From assembly GCF_009914755.1 (NCBI RefSeq), contig NC_060931.1: a stretch of DNA of 64,000 nucleotides. One strand, 5' to 3'. The notes beneath the pieces were generated by a model. That model saw nothing but the letters and a program-made list of their open reading frames with translations. It was not told the origin of the DNA and searched no databases. Below, piece by piece: positions 28,561 through 42,538 of the stretch. Every line of letters begins with the position of its first letter. The first letter of the stretch is position 1. The stretch is from the human T2T-CHM13v2.0 reference genome, Homo sapiens. The translations under genes were made by a program, and so were the position numbers.

Positions 28561-29254
28561 TATTTCCTCATCTTTTTGGATTTATCTACCTTTGGTCTTT
28601 GATGTTGGTGACCTTCGGATGGGGTTTCTGTGTGGTTGTCCTTTTTGTTGATGTTGATGCTATTGCTTTCTATTTGTTAGTCTTCCTTCTAGCAGTCAGG
28701 CCCCTCTTCTGCAGGTCTGCTGGAGTTTGCTGGAGGTCCACCCCAGACCCTCTTTGCCTGGGTATCACCAGCAGAGACTGCAGAACAGCAAAGATTTCTG
28801 CCTGCTCCTTCCTCTGGAAGCTTCCTCCCAGAGGGGCACCGGCCAGATGTGAGCCAGAGCTCTCCTGTATGAGGTGTCTGTTGACCCCTGCTGGGAGGTG
28901 TGTCCCCATCAGGAGGCACAGGGGTCAGGGACCCACTTGAGGAGGCAGTCTGTCCCTTAGCAGAGCTTGAACGCTGTGCTGGGAGATATGCTGCTCTCTT
29001 CAGAACCAGCAGGGAGGGATGTTTAATTCCGCTGAAGCTGTGCCCCCAGCTGCCCCTTCCCCCAGGTGCTCTGTCCCAGGGAAATGGGAGTTTTATCTAT
29101 AAGCCCCTGACTGGGGCTGCTGCCTTTCTTTCAGAGATGCCCTGCCCAGAGAGGAGGAATCTAGAGAGGCAGTCTGGCTCCGGCAGCTTTGGGGAGCTGC
29201 AGTGGGCTCCACCCAGTTCAAACTTCCCTCTGCCCAGTTCGAACTTCCCAGCTG

Positions 29255-29863
29255 CTTTATTTACACTGTGAGGGGAAAACCGCCTACTCAAGCCTCAGTA
29301 ATGATAGATGCCCCTCCCCGCACCAAGCTCCAGTGTCCCAGGTCGACTTCAGACTGCTCTGCGGCAGTGAGAATTTCAGGCTAATGGATCTTAGCTTGCT
29401 GGACTCTGTGGGGGTGGGATCTGCTGAGCTAGACCACTTGGTTCCCGGGCTTCAGCCCCCTTTCCAGGCGAGTGGATGATTCTGTCTTGCTGGTGTCCCA
29501 GGCATCACTGGGGTATGAAAAAAAAACAAAAAACAAAAAACTCCTGCAGCTAGTTCAGTGTCTGCCCAAAATCTGCCTAGTTTTGTTCTTGAAACCCAGG
29601 GCCCTGGTGGCATAGGCACCTGAGGGAATCTCCTGGTCTGAGGGTTGCGAAGACCGTGAGAAAAGTGTAGTATCTGGTTGCGAAGACCGTGGGAAAAGTG
29701 TAGTAACACCTGGGAAAAGTGTAGTATCAGCACTGGCCTGAAATTCTCGCTACCAGCACAGCAGTCTGAAATCAACCTGGGACACTGGAGCTTGGTCGGG
29801 GGAGGGGCGACCACCTTTACTGAGGCTTGAGTAGGCGGTTTTCCCCCCACAGTGTAAATAAAG
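29255..29863. repeat. ~132-bp inverted repeat inside the L1 5'UTR (arms 29255-29386 and 29731-29863) preceded by triple direct repeats at 29643-29728
   Basis: Manual alignment: ~15 mismatches and 1 gap in 133 nt; G(A/G)GAAAAGTGTAGTA x3. Confidence 0.93.
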
Positions 29864-30544
29864 AGTGCACCATCCCTCACGGCAGGGTCCCTCATGGCTT
29901 CCCTTGGCTAGGGAAGGGAGTTCCTCAACCCCTTTAGCTTCCCAGGTGAGGCGATGCCCCACCCTGCTTCTGCTGACTGTCCATGGGCTGCACCCACTGT
30001 CTAACCAGTCCCTATGAGATGAACTGGGTACCTCAGTTGGAAATGCAGAAATCACTCGCCTTCTGCTTTGGTCTCACTGGGAGCTGCACACCGGAGCGGT
30101 TCCTATTCGGCCATCTTGCCCGGGAATCCCTCTCTATAGTTCTGATGTGCTCGGAAAATCTTCAGATTCCGAAATGCCTTTCTCCAAGCTCAGAGAAAGA
30201 AGACAGACTCTATCTGCACAGAGCTTGGCTCTGGTAATTTGAGGGAGAGAATATTGGATTATAAGTCAGGGGTCCTGGGATCCAATCAAAGCTTAATATC
30301 TAGCTATATCCCCAGGTTGAGCCACATTTTCCTCGCTTATGTTGTAAGAGATTTGGAAGAGAATTTTTCTAAGATCCCCTACAGCCCTCATAGTTTGTGA
30401 TTCTAAGACTCCAGTCCCTCTGGGGAAGAGAGAAAAGAGGCTTGGGAAAAGAGAGAGGGGGAGGGAAGTGATAGAGTACACATACTAAGCATTCACTTAC
30501 TAGACCAATTCCCCAAAGAAAGGCCTGAGTCCTTAAAGCAAAGC

Positions 30545-30735
30545 AGTCTGGTGTATGAGAAAGAGGCTCCAAAGTCAGACAGGCCCAGGTCTAAATCCTA
30601 TTTATACCCAAATTTGCTTTGTGGTCTTGGTCAGGCTGCCTGAGATCCATAATCCATGTTGACTAGAGATACTGATGCATACTTCATAGGGCTGTGGTGA
30701 GAACTGCATGAGAAACTTCTACACAGTGCTTCTCA
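30545..30735 (+). mobile_element. MIR
   Basis: AGTCAGACAGGCCCAGGTCTAAATCCT...ACTTCATAGGGCTGTGGTGAGAA. Confidence 0.6.
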
Positions 30736-30828
30736 GATGGCCCACTACTGCATGAAAAACATATAATTCCCTTCCATTCCTTCACTCCTAGTCATAAGAG
30801 GGGAAACAGTGCAATGTGAGAGAGCATC

Positions 30829-32487
30829 TGTGATATTGTGATATAATAAGATTTTTTTTTTGTCTTAACCCTTGGCTCCTGGCCAGAGACCCTAGAACTC
30901 CTGTAATTTCCTAAGTGATAGGAGCCAGAGGAGCATCTTTTGTCGTAATATTTGATCCTTGCTCCCAGTTCCTAAAATAGCTCAGACCAATAAAGGTGAA
31001 AGCCACATATTTTGTTATTTTTAACAGGCCCCTTTCAACCACATAGAGTTTATGCTTTACTAAGGTGGCTTTGGGGTAACCCCTTAGGATGGGGAGCTGG
31101 TTCCCAGGAAGACCAGCCAAGTAATTAAAGGGTTGGAACTTTCATCCCCAAGCCCTGACCTTTTGGGAGGAAGAGGGACTGCAGATTGAGTTAATCACCA
31201 ATGGCCAGTAATTTAATCAGTCGTGCCTATATAAGGAAGCCTCCATAAAAACCCTAACTGAAGAGGTCAGAGAGCTTCCAGATTCCTGAACATATCCAGG
31301 TGCTGGTGTACATAGGGCATAGGGGTTCAAAACCCCATGTACCCCTATAGCTTGCTTTATGCATCTGTTCCATTTGGTTGTTCCTAAGTTGTACCTTTTA
31401 TAATAAACCAGTAAAGAGTATGCATTTCTCTGAATTCTGTGAGATATTATAGCAAATTGAGGAGAGGGTTGTGAGAAGCCCTGATTTGTAGCCAAGTTGG
31501 AGAGAAGTGCACATAACTTAGGAATCACTACTTGTGAATGACATCTAAAGTGGGGGACAGCCTTGTGGCAGCCAAACATTAGCAGCCAAAGGTATCTGAA
31601 TCACACAGCATCAAAATACATTAGCCATGGTGAATCTGTATAGATCTGCAGCAACCTCAATTCTTGCCTCCTCGGAAGAAAGAATTCAACCAAGGAGGCA
31701 TAAGACAGAAGGAGATACTGAGACAAGTTTTAGAACAGGAATGAAAGTTTATTAGAAAGCTTTAGAGCCAGAACAAAAGGAAAGTAGGGCCAAGTGGGCA
31801 ACTTGAAAGACCACTGCACAGTTTTGACCTTTGATTAATGGTTTTATATGTGGGTGTACTTCCAGGGTCTTGTGTTCCTTCTTCCCTGATTCTTCCCTTG
31901 GGATGGGCTGTCATCACACGCAGTGGCCTGCTAGCACTTGGGAGGGGAGCATGCACAGTGTGTTTACTGGAGGTGTATGCACGCTCACTTGAGGCATTCA
32001 TCCCTTACCAGTCAAATGTCCCTAGAAGGACATATACCAGTTAAACTCCACCATTTTGACTCTTAGTGCACATGCTTGAGCCCACTCATCCAGCTCCTGA
32101 GATCTTATCAGGAACCTGCTGATCACCCAGTTTCAGGTTTTTACTATCTATTGGGAGACGATCATTCCCTGGCACCAGCTGTGACCAATTATTATTTTAG
32201 AGTGACAGTTAACAACCACCTGACCATCACCTGATGGGTACCTGACATTCCTGGTGGTGGGAGGGGCCTTTCCTATCCTGCTGATGTCTGACCACCTACC
32301 TACCGTAACAGGACTGAGCTTTTAACCCATGAGGTCTGTGGTAGCTCAAGGTAGTATCATAATTGAATTGTAGGATACCAAGTTGTTGTCTAGAGAGTTA
32401 GAGAATTAGTTAATGTGAGGGAAAAGACTACACATTTGGTGTCAGAAGTGTTGTGAATATAGAAAAAACAAGGTGTTTTCTTTTTGT
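30829..32487 (+). mobile_element. MER21-family LTR split by MER50
   Basis: TGTGATATTGTGATATAATAAG start, GATTGAGTTAATCACCAATGGCCA; resumes GGACTGAGC at 32311; CACATTTGGTGTCAGAAGT near the end. Confidence 0.8.
31569..32310 (-). mobile_element. MER50 solo LTR (ERV1)
   Basis: Reverse strand TGTTACGGTAGGTAGG...CCAGGAATGTCAGGTACCCATCAGGTGATGGTCAGG...GATAAGATCTCAGGAG. Confidence 0.85.
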
Positions 32488-32546
32488 AGCGGCCAGTAAC
32501 CAAAGCTGGAACAGTTTCAGCAACAAAATAAATGATAAGAATTTTG

Positions 32547-32988
32547 GGCTAGGCATGGTAGCTCACGCCTGTAATGCCAACACTTTGGGAGTTCGAGACA
32601 GGAGGATCACTTGAGGCCAGAAATTCAATAGCAGCCTGGGCAACATAGTGAGACACAGTCTCTACAAATTTTTTTTTAAAAAACTTAGCTGGCGGGAGAC
32701 TGAGGCAGGAGAATAGCTTGAACCCGGGAGGCGGAGGTTGCAGTGAGCCGAGATTATGCCACTGTACTCCAGCCTGGGTGACAGAGTGAGACTCCATCTC
32801 AAAAAAAAACAAAAAACAAAGAAAACTTAGCTGGATGCCTGTAGTCCTAGTGACTTGGGAGGCTAAGTTGGGAGGGTCGCTTGAGTCCAGGATTTTGAGG
32901 CTGCAATGAGCTACCATCGAACCACTGCACTCCAGCCTGCACAGCAGAGCAAGCCCCTGTCTTTACACTTAATTTAAAAATAAAAAAA
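32547..32988 (+). mobile_element. AluJ with a 5'-truncated AluS right arm (32693-32821) inserted in its A-rich linker
   Basis: TSD AAAACTTAGCTGG at 32680-92 and 32822-34. Confidence 0.88.
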
Positions 32989-33316
32989 ATTGGATCATAA
33001 CTCACAGAATGGAATAAATACCTGTAACTCTCTACCAATAAAAATAAATAATTTAACATATAAACAAATTAAGAAGGGGTTGTTCTTTACAGAGCACTCC
33101 AGTTAATAATTCGTGATCTCTCTCCCTGAGTCTCTTTAAACAACAAAATAATATGTAATCACTAACATGGACATGATCTATCAATTTTAGCAAAATTTGA
33201 AGAGATGCCAAAATCAGCAAAATTTGAGGAGAAACAGGATATCTGCATAGTCTTAACATAACTCCTCCAAGACATTTATTAATTATAAAGGGAAAAAATA
33301 GTTACTTTATAGTGGA

Positions 33317-34031
<715 letters not shown>

Positions 34032-34446
34032 AAGACATCATGTCTTAATCAATGCCAAATCAAGAGACATTCTACAAAATCACTGACCAATACTCTTCAA
34101 AAGTGTCCAGGTTACAAAAGACAAGGGAAGACTGAGAAACTGTCACCCACTGGAAAAAATCAAGGAGACATGACTACAAAACGTGGGATCCTGGATTGGA
34201 TCCTGGGACAGAAAAAAAGGATATTAGATAAAAAACTGGGGAAATCTAAATGAAATCTGTAATTTACTTAATAGTATTGTACTATACCAATGTTAATTTC
34301 CTAGTTTGATCATTGTACTCTGGTTATATAAGAAGTTAATATTAGGGCAAGCTGGGTGAAAGGTGTATGGGAAATCTGTACTATTTTTGTAACTTTGAAA
34401 AGCTTGAAATTCTTTCAAAATTATCATATATTTAAAAGCGAGACAG

Positions 34447-34887
34447 TGTATGGCAGATGCACCTGACAGCAATAACTTAACTTACACATACCCTGAAGGG
34501 TGACCCTATGGTCTAAGAAGAATGTGTGTTCGGAGTTCTGTGCTAAGGAATACGGGAGTGGCCAACCCAGAGATTTACTCCTTATCTATGAAGGATGATT
34601 AAATTCCCAGCCCTTAGAACACAGGTCATACCGGATATTGAGGCCCTTTGTTTTGGGTTAAATGGAGGTTTCTAGGTAGACGGTGCTAAGTAAAAAATGC
34701 CATGTCAACTGCATGCTTTTTACAAACAGTAGAGGTTCTCCTGTTCAGCCCACATCCACTGGGCCACCCCTGTACGTAAGTACCCCCAATAAACCCTATG
34801 TCTCATTCACTATCTCTGGGTCTCTTCTTCAGCCTCTCAGACACAGTATCATCCCTATTGTAGTCAGTGTAAGGGTCTGGCATGACA
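34447..34887 (+). mobile_element. LTR47-family solo LTR (ERVL)
   Basis: TGTATGGCAGATGCACCTGACAGCAATAACTTAA start, AATAAA, ends GACA; 5-bp TSD GACAG. Confidence 0.82.
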
Positions 34888-35012
34888 GACAGCAATGATC
34901 TTTGTCAGTACTACCCAAAGTACGTGAGACCAAACGTTTAGAAATTGTTTTAGCAGTAATTTTATGTCTATTGGACTTTAAAAGTTTTTTGACTGGGGCT
35001 GAGGCTTCTGGG

Positions 35013-35313
35013 TTTTTCTTTTGTTTTTTGTTTTCTGAAACAGGACCTCATTCATGCCCAGGCTGGAGTGCAGTGGCATGAACACTGCTCACTGTAGCCT
35101 CGACCTCCCCAGGGTCAGGTGATCCTCCCACCTCAGCCTCCTCCTAAGTAGCTACAGGCTTGCACCACCATACCCAGCTAATTTTTGTATTTTTTGTACA
35201 GATGGAGTTTTGCCATGTTTCCTAGGCTGGTCTTGAACTCCTGAGCTCAAGCTATCTGCTTGCCTCAGCCTCCCAAAGTGCCGGAATTACAGGCATGAGC
35301 CACCACGCCTGAC
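35013..35313 (-). mobile_element. AluJ
   Basis: GCTCACTGTAGCCTCGACCTCC; CTCCTGAGCTCAAGC. Confidence 0.9.
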
Positions 35314-35633
35314 AACTGGGGCTTCCTGAAAAAAATAAACAATAATAACAAGTAAGAAAGTAGTGGGAGGGGCTCTACTGTGTCGTCCCTGGGAAGACTG
35401 TCTTTTATTTCACTGACTTTGTGGGAATGGTCATGCCGTCTCTCTCCTTACCTGTTTGTAGCCAACACCAAGAGTGTACCAAATACATTACTCAGCAAGT
35501 CCTCAAGAAATGCATCCAAGTGAGAAAAGATGACTAGAATCCACATTTTTCTGCATTAGAAACTTTATAATGCGAAGCTTGTATGTGTAGAGGTCTTTGA
35601 CCATCATTAGTGTCATAAATGGTCGCTAATACT

Positions 35634-35649
35634 TATATATATATGTATA

Positions 35650-35680
<31 letters not shown>
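35634..35680. repeat. (TA)n followed by poly-T
   Basis: Direct reading. Confidence 0.9.
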
Positions 35681-35695
35681 CATTTTAAAAAATGA

Positions 35696-36040
35696 GGCCA
35701 GGCACAGTGGCTCACGCCTGTAATCCCAGCACTTTGGGAGGTCAAGGCTGGCAGATCACTTGAGGCCGGGAGTTTGACACCAGCCTGGGAAACATGGCAA
35801 AACCCCGTCTCTACAAAAAATACAAAAATTAGCTGGGTATGGTGGCTAAAAATTAGCCAGGCGTGATGGTGCGCAACTGTAATCCCAGCTACTTGGGAGC
35901 CTGAGGCAGGAGAATTGCTTGAACCCCCGGGCAGAGGTTGTTGTGAGCTGAGATTGCACCACGGCACTCCAGCCTGAGCGAAAAAGTGAGACTCCGTCTC
36001 AAAAATAAATAAATAAATTAATTAATTAATTAAATAAATA
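35696..36040 (+). mobile_element. Alu (S-like) with duplicated linker/right-arm start
   Basis: AAAAATTAGCTGGGTATGGTGGCT followed by AAAAATTAGCCAGGCGTGATGGT; (TAAA/TTAA)n tail. Confidence 0.9.
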
Positions 36041-36599
36041 GATAATGATTAAGCAACAAAGATCTCTTAAAGAGTTGGAGTCAAACCAAGCCTAGAACTT
36101 TTCATTTTGTTTTACAAATTTTATTTCGGCACTCAATCCTTAACCAGATGTGACTACCTTTTAACTCTGATAATGCAGCAGTAAAATTGGAATTTGGATC
36201 TCCAACTTTATCAAAAATAACACATTTCTAGTTTTGAAAAGGGCTTTTTCTTTAAAAAAATAATAATTTGAAGGACAATGATTCAGCTGTTGTATTCTTC
36301 GAATAGACAATAAATAGAATTATAGCGTTGCTTTCTTCCCCTCCACCTCTTTCTCCTCTTCCACCTCTGCTATACAAATTTTCAAAAAATGTAACATCAA
36401 TGTGAAATAGAAATGTTGCCATCCACTGTGAAGCAATGAAGTACAGTGTTCATTAAACCCACCAATCCAACTAGAACCCTGAAATAGACTGTGGAAGTCA
36501 TGGATTCATCTGCATAAAGCCTTTTCCTTTCACCTCTTCTGGTAAAAGAAGCCCTCGCCTCTATGGGAAACAGGGAACATATCTTCCTATTTAGAAGGA

Positions 36600-37070
36600 T
36601 TGCAGGGATGGGAAAGTCAGCCAACTTCGGCCAATCAGGCTCATCCTCTGGACTTGTGCTGTACCCTTTCTCTAACCAACTGTAGGCTATGGCACTAACA
36701 ATGTATCCCTGGAGCAGTGTAGGGTACCATGTATTTTACCAGAGGAAAGACATTTTCAGAGAATAAAGGCAACATAGGGAAAAGCAGAGCGGAGACATGT
36801 AGAGAGAGAAGATTGGATGGCTGGGGAGGAGAAAGGAGTCAGAGCAAAAGACAGAGAGGAAACAAGACAGAGAAAAAGACAAGACAGAGAAAAAGAGAGG
36901 AAACAAGAAAGCAGAACAGAGAGGCTGAGGCTTTCGATAATGACATGTGGCACAAGAACCCCCATCTCTGTTGGAAGTCAGCAGCTCTTCTGTACCCTTC
37001 AGTTACATGCCCAAGGATATCCCAATTTTTCTTCAGCTTGTTGAGGTTGTCATTCTGTCATTTAAAAAAA
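36600..37070. mobile_element. Old MLT1 (J/K/L-like) LTR remnant with a GA-rich centre
   Basis: GGCCAATCAGG...TTGAGGTTGTCATTCTGTCATTT. Confidence 0.4.
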
Positions 37071-38100
37071 ATAAACATGTTGATGAACATGACCCCTTTA
37101 TGTGTCTAATCAAATGAAAGAAGGAACTAAGCTCTATAGCAACTGTCCTTGCCTTGACATTTGAATATACCTTTGAGCATGCAGCAGATCAGTCCAGTGA
37201 AATCGAAACTGGAACTCAGTTATAAGCTTTCCAGACAGGGCTTGAGCTACACAGAATTTCTAAGAAAGTAAATTTGACTTTGATGTTAGTTCCTCTTTAG
37301 TGTTCCCCCATATGACCAGATTCTCACTGCTCTTGTGCAAGGGAGAGAAAAATCATCTGATATGTTTCATTAATGTTTAAAGGTTAATGAACTTACAGCT
37401 TACTCCTTCTGGTAACATAGCTGCATTTCACAAGGGTCAAGATCAATGTTTAATCTAAAGAAATGAATCTCTAATGCTGAAATCATGAGGACAGTAATGC
37501 ATGGATGAGGAAGCTATTTTCTGTCAAGGAAATTATCCTGCTATTTACATGAGGATACAAGTGACACTTTAGGTATCAGAAGCTTGTGCATCTATTTAAA
37601 ATCCAGATAAGTGATCATGCAAAGGATCGACTCATTTTTCTTTTCTTAGAGTAGAATGAGGCATACGAGTTCAATTATTGAACTTATTGAAATTACTTCC
37701 AATAAGTTCCTTCAAAATCCAAAGATATTAATGTCCAATCCTCCTTGACTAACTGCCCTCAGGGACTTTTACCAGCAGGCTATTCTTGACTATACGGGTG
37801 CCTAAGACATCGAAGATAAGTGTTGTTCTTAATCAAAATAAAACCACATTCAAGATTTCTGTTCATTCAAGTTACAATCTGTGCTGACAGGACACTAAAC
37901 AAATACTTACTTTACACAATTGAATAATTGGAATACTAAAAATTTTAAAAGCATTAACCATCTGAATTTCTGAAGAAGGTGAAGAATATTCTAGATTTCT
38001 TTGGAAAAATTTCCCTCATTCACTTTCAGCCCTTTTGAATGCCCTCCCCTACATCTGGTCTCTACCTTTTTCCCTTTTGCTTCCTCCATATTCCATTCTT

Positions 38101-38369
<269 letters not shown>

Positions 38370-38524
38370 TCCATTCTTTCTTCATTTGTTCTTCCTTTTC
38401 TCTTCCACCCATCATCCCTTCTTCCTGCCTCCTTCAATCGATTACTTGGTTAGTGTTTGTTGGGAAGTTAGTCAGTTCCAGGCAGTGGGCTAAACACAAA
38501 CATGAAAAGATGGGGTCCTCGCTG

Positions 38525-39088
38525 TCGTCCTTTTCTGTTGTTGAGTAACAAATCACCCACAAATCTCGCAACTTAAACCAACACGCATTTATTACCTCCC
38601 CACTCAGTATACCAGAGAACAACCTGGTGTGGCAGGAATTTCTGCTCAGGGTCACCCATGGCCAGTATTCAGGTGTCAGCCGGGCTGGGAACTTAAGTGT
38701 AGGCTCTGAGGAGAAATCCACTTCCAAACCCATTCAGGTTATGACAGAGTACCCTACAGTTACAGGACTGAAGTGCTTTCCATCTGAGATCCGGGACCTG
38801 CCTCAGCTCTTTGAAGCCACTCACATTCCTTTTCCCATGGCTCCTCAATCTTTAAGCAGTAATAGTGCCAAATGACTATCGTGCTTCAAACCTGACTGCC
38901 TCTATTGTCATCAGCCAGAGAAAACTCCATTTTTAAAGATGTATGTTATTACATTGGGCCCACCAGGCTAATCCAGGCTGGTCTCCCTCTGTAACAAAAC
39001 ATAATCTCAAGCATGATAGCACATTCTGAAGTCCCAGGGACTCGGGAGGGACTTCACTGGGGGCCGCTTTAGAACTTCTGCCTACACA
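38525..39088 (-). mobile_element. MLT1D-like LTR
   Basis: GTAACAAATCACCCACAAA...GGCTCTGAGGAGAAATCCACTTCC...AGAACTTCTGCCTACACA. Confidence 0.75.
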
Positions 39089-39164
39089 TCTGCCATCAGG
39101 TGCTCACACAATACATACAAAAACAATAGCACTGCAATAAGATAATTGTACAAAAGAAAGTGCG

Positions 39165-39550
39165 GTAAACAAAATGTCACACATACATACAATGGAATAC
39201 TATTCAGCCATAAAAAGGAAGAAAATTCTGACATGCTACAACATGGATGAACCTTGAGGACATTATGCTAAGTGAAATAAACCTATGATCCCACTTATTT
39301 GCAGTATCTAGAATAGGCAAATTCACAGAGACAGAAAACAGAATAGAGGTTTCCAGGCATTGGCGGGAAGAAGAATGAAGTTGTTGTTTGATAGTTATAG
39401 AGTTCTGTTTGGGATAATGAACGTGTTCTGGAAATGGATAGTGGTGACAGTCACACAGCATTGTGAACATACTTAAAAGTACTGAATCGTATACTTAAAA
39501 ATGATTTACATGGTGAACTTCATGTTCTGTATATTTTACCACAATAACAT
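39165..39550 (+). mobile_element. L1MB 3' end
   Basis: AATGGAATACTATTCAGCCATAAAAAGGAA...ATGGATGAACCTTGAGGACATTATGCTAAGTGAAA...TTTTACCACAAT. Confidence 0.85.
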
Positions 39551-40265
39551 AAAATTAAAGTGTTGAAAAAATAGACTGGAGGCATAAGAAAAGAACAGCA
39601 TAACTTGCTTCCTGAAAGAGCAAAATGTCAGATTGGGCAGGAGATAAGATCAGATGGGTGTGGGTGAGAAGGGTGTGGACTGTGCGGTGGGAGGGACAAT
39701 GTCATAATTTCAGTTCCCTTTTTGGTCACCACACAGCTAAGGTAACTTGATAATTTTGTCCAAACCTGCCTTCCTTTCTTGCACTAGCTGCCTGGAAAGC
39801 AAACCTTATTTAGCAATCACTAATAGTCCTAGAACTTTTGAGTGTTAATGATAGAGGTGTGAATCAAGTACCTGCTATTTATTAAGTGTCACGTTGGTGA
39901 CCCCAAATTCACCTTGCTTCTAGGAAATAGAAAGAAGGAAACACAGAGACTGAGCACTATGCTGAGCACTGTGCTTCCTTACATAGCTTCAATGCTTCAC
40001 AATGACAATGCAAGTTAAGTAGCCATGAAACTTGTTTTCCCCAGTTTTACCAATAAAACATTTGGGGTTGTGAAAGTCTGAATAATTGCCCGCATGTCAG
40101 GTAACAAAGAAAAGAAAGTACCTTCCCACCTGAGGGTCTTGTAATATGCTGTTCCCTCTACTTGGAATGCCTATCTACTTTCTCAACCTGTCACCACCAC
40201 CACCATCATCTACACACACACACATCTGCTTAACATTCTGTATCTAATTCCTACCCATTAGTAAG

Positions 40266-40399
40266 CAAGGCTACCATATTCAGCTTTATAGATTGTGTGC
40301 TGCAAGAGTCCCAGGAGCACCATTCACGTAGACCACAATGTAAAAATGCCCTTGGAGTTGTGCAGTGCCCAACCTGCACAAACATACATGGCAAACCTC
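40266..40399. mobile_element. MER91B-like palindromic MITE
   Basis: CACCATTCACGTAGACCACAATGTAAAAATGCCCTTGGAGTTGTGCAGTGCCCAACCTGCACA. Confidence 0.7.
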
Positions 40400-40430
<31 letters not shown>

Positions 40431-40721
40431 GGAGATGGAGTCTCGCTCTGTCACCCAGGCTGGAGTGCAGTGAGGCAGTGATGCAATTTCGGCTCACTGC
40501 AACCTCCGCCTCCTAGGTTCAAGTGATTCTTCTGCCTTGGCCTCCTGAGTAGCTGGGATTACAGGTGCCTGCCGTCATGCCCAGCTAACTTTTGTATTTT
40601 TAGTAGAGATGGGATTTCACTATGTTGACCAAGTTTGTCTCAAACTCCTGACCTCAAATGATCTGCCAGCCTCGGCCTCCCAAAGTGCTGGGATTACAGG
40701 CATGAGCCACTCTGCCCTGCC
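40400..40721 (-). mobile_element. AluS
   Basis: TSD ATACATGGCAAACCTC at 40384-99 and 40723-38. Confidence 0.93.
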
Positions 40722-41236
40722 TATACATGGCAAACCTCTCTCAAAGTTTTGGCTTAGGTGTACTTCTATAGGTGGGCCGGGTTAGGTCTTCTCTCATATG
40801 CATCTGTATTCTTCTTTAAAGTATCTAGTACAAGCCCACTTAAATAGTTATTTGCATAATTAATATTTTATATATGACTTCCCTGCTAAACTGCAAGTTC
40901 AACAAAGGGAGAAATCACATCTGCTTAACTCTTTTTGAACAAAGAAATAAGATAGAGCTGGGTTTGTGTGAGTTCAAAGCAAGGATCTTCCAACTGTCAC
41001 TTACTGGTGCCTGTGACTGATGCAGAAAAAGATATGGAACCCAGAGAATAATGTACTAACTCTTTCAAACTTAACTCTTGCTATTGTTCCTTCTTTCTGT
41101 AACATGTTAGATTAAGTTTGTTTTTTGTTTTTTGGGTTTTTTTGCAATTTTGATAAGGTGTCCATCATGGTGTTTAACATGCCTATATTATCTGCTAAGG
41201 GGGCATTCTACAGAGCCACATTTTATACTAGGTAAC

Positions 41237-41703
41237 TTTACTGAATTGAATAGTGTCCCCCCAAAATTCATGTCTGCTTGGAACCTCAGAAATGGGACCT
41301 TATTTGGAAATAGGGTTTTTGCATGTATAATTAGTTAAGACAAGGTCACCATGGATTAGGTTGCCCTAAATCCCATGATTGGTGTCTTAATAGAAGAGGA
41401 GACAGAGATTCAGGTACAACAACATTGGGGAAGGAAGACAGGAGGGAAGGAAGGGAAAGAAGGAGGGAAGAAGGCCATGTGATGACAGAGGCAAAGACAG
41501 GAGTGACGCAAGCTAAGGAACAAGACTTGTCAGCAACCACCAGAAGCTACAAAGAGGCAACAAAGGACTTCTCCAGAGCCTTTGGACAGAGAATGGTGCT
41601 GCCTACAATTGGATTTTGGAGTTCTAGCCTCTGGAACCATGAGAAAATAACTTTCTGTTGCTTTAAGCCACTCAGTTTCTGGTACTTTGCTAAAGCAACC
41701 CTA
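41237..41703 (+). mobile_element. MLT1B/C LTR
   Basis: TTGAATAGTGTCCCCCCAAAATTCATGT...GACCTTATTTGGAAATAGGG...TTCTGTTGCTTTAAGCCAC. Confidence 0.85.
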
Positions 41704-41704
41704 C

Positions 41705-42115
41705 TTAGGATCAAAATAATCCTAGGTGCTATAGCAAATAAACCTCCAATTGTTAGTAGCTTAGTGATAGAATTTGAGACTCAGCAGTTATAACCTACAG
41801 TAGGTGTTCCAGGTATATTGGTGGCTGTTCTCCACATGGTGATTCAGTGATCCAGGCTTTTTAAATCTTGTGTTTCCACCACTTTCTAGGGCCCCTTTGT
41901 CTATGGAAACGGGAAAAGAGAGTTTAGAACACATATTAGCTGTTTAAGTTGTCTTGACTTAGACGTGACAAAAATTTCTGCTCACATTCCATTGTCAAGA
42001 ACTGGTTAAATGGCCCCACTAGATAAAAGAGTAAATACAGGTGCTTTTGAGTGATAATTCTATATTGTGGAAGGGGAACACACATTTTGCTGGGCAATTT
42101 GCCATCTCTACTACA
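41705..42115 (-). mobile_element. Older MLT1 (I/L-like) LTR remnant
   Basis: CTCCACATGGTGATTCAGTGATCCAGGCT; TCTGCTCACATTCCATTG. Confidence 0.55.
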
Positions 42116-42242
42116 CTGCCCTCCCAACCTCAGTTGATGTGGTCAGCCTGAGGAGTAACTTCATGCTTGGCATCAAACAATGAGCTTGATTAATCATATT
42201 CTCTTTTTTTGGAATTTTGTTTTAGAACTTTAGAGAGAAGAT

Positions 42243-42538
<296 letters not shown>

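Noticed and set aside
29643-29728. Three short direct repeats resembling a mini CRISPR array
   Set aside because: The repeats are copies of L1 5'UTR sequence without unique spacers, in a primate genome with no cas genes.
36729-37109. 126-aa R/K/E-rich ORF
   Set aside because: Translation of a GA-rich low-complexity stretch.
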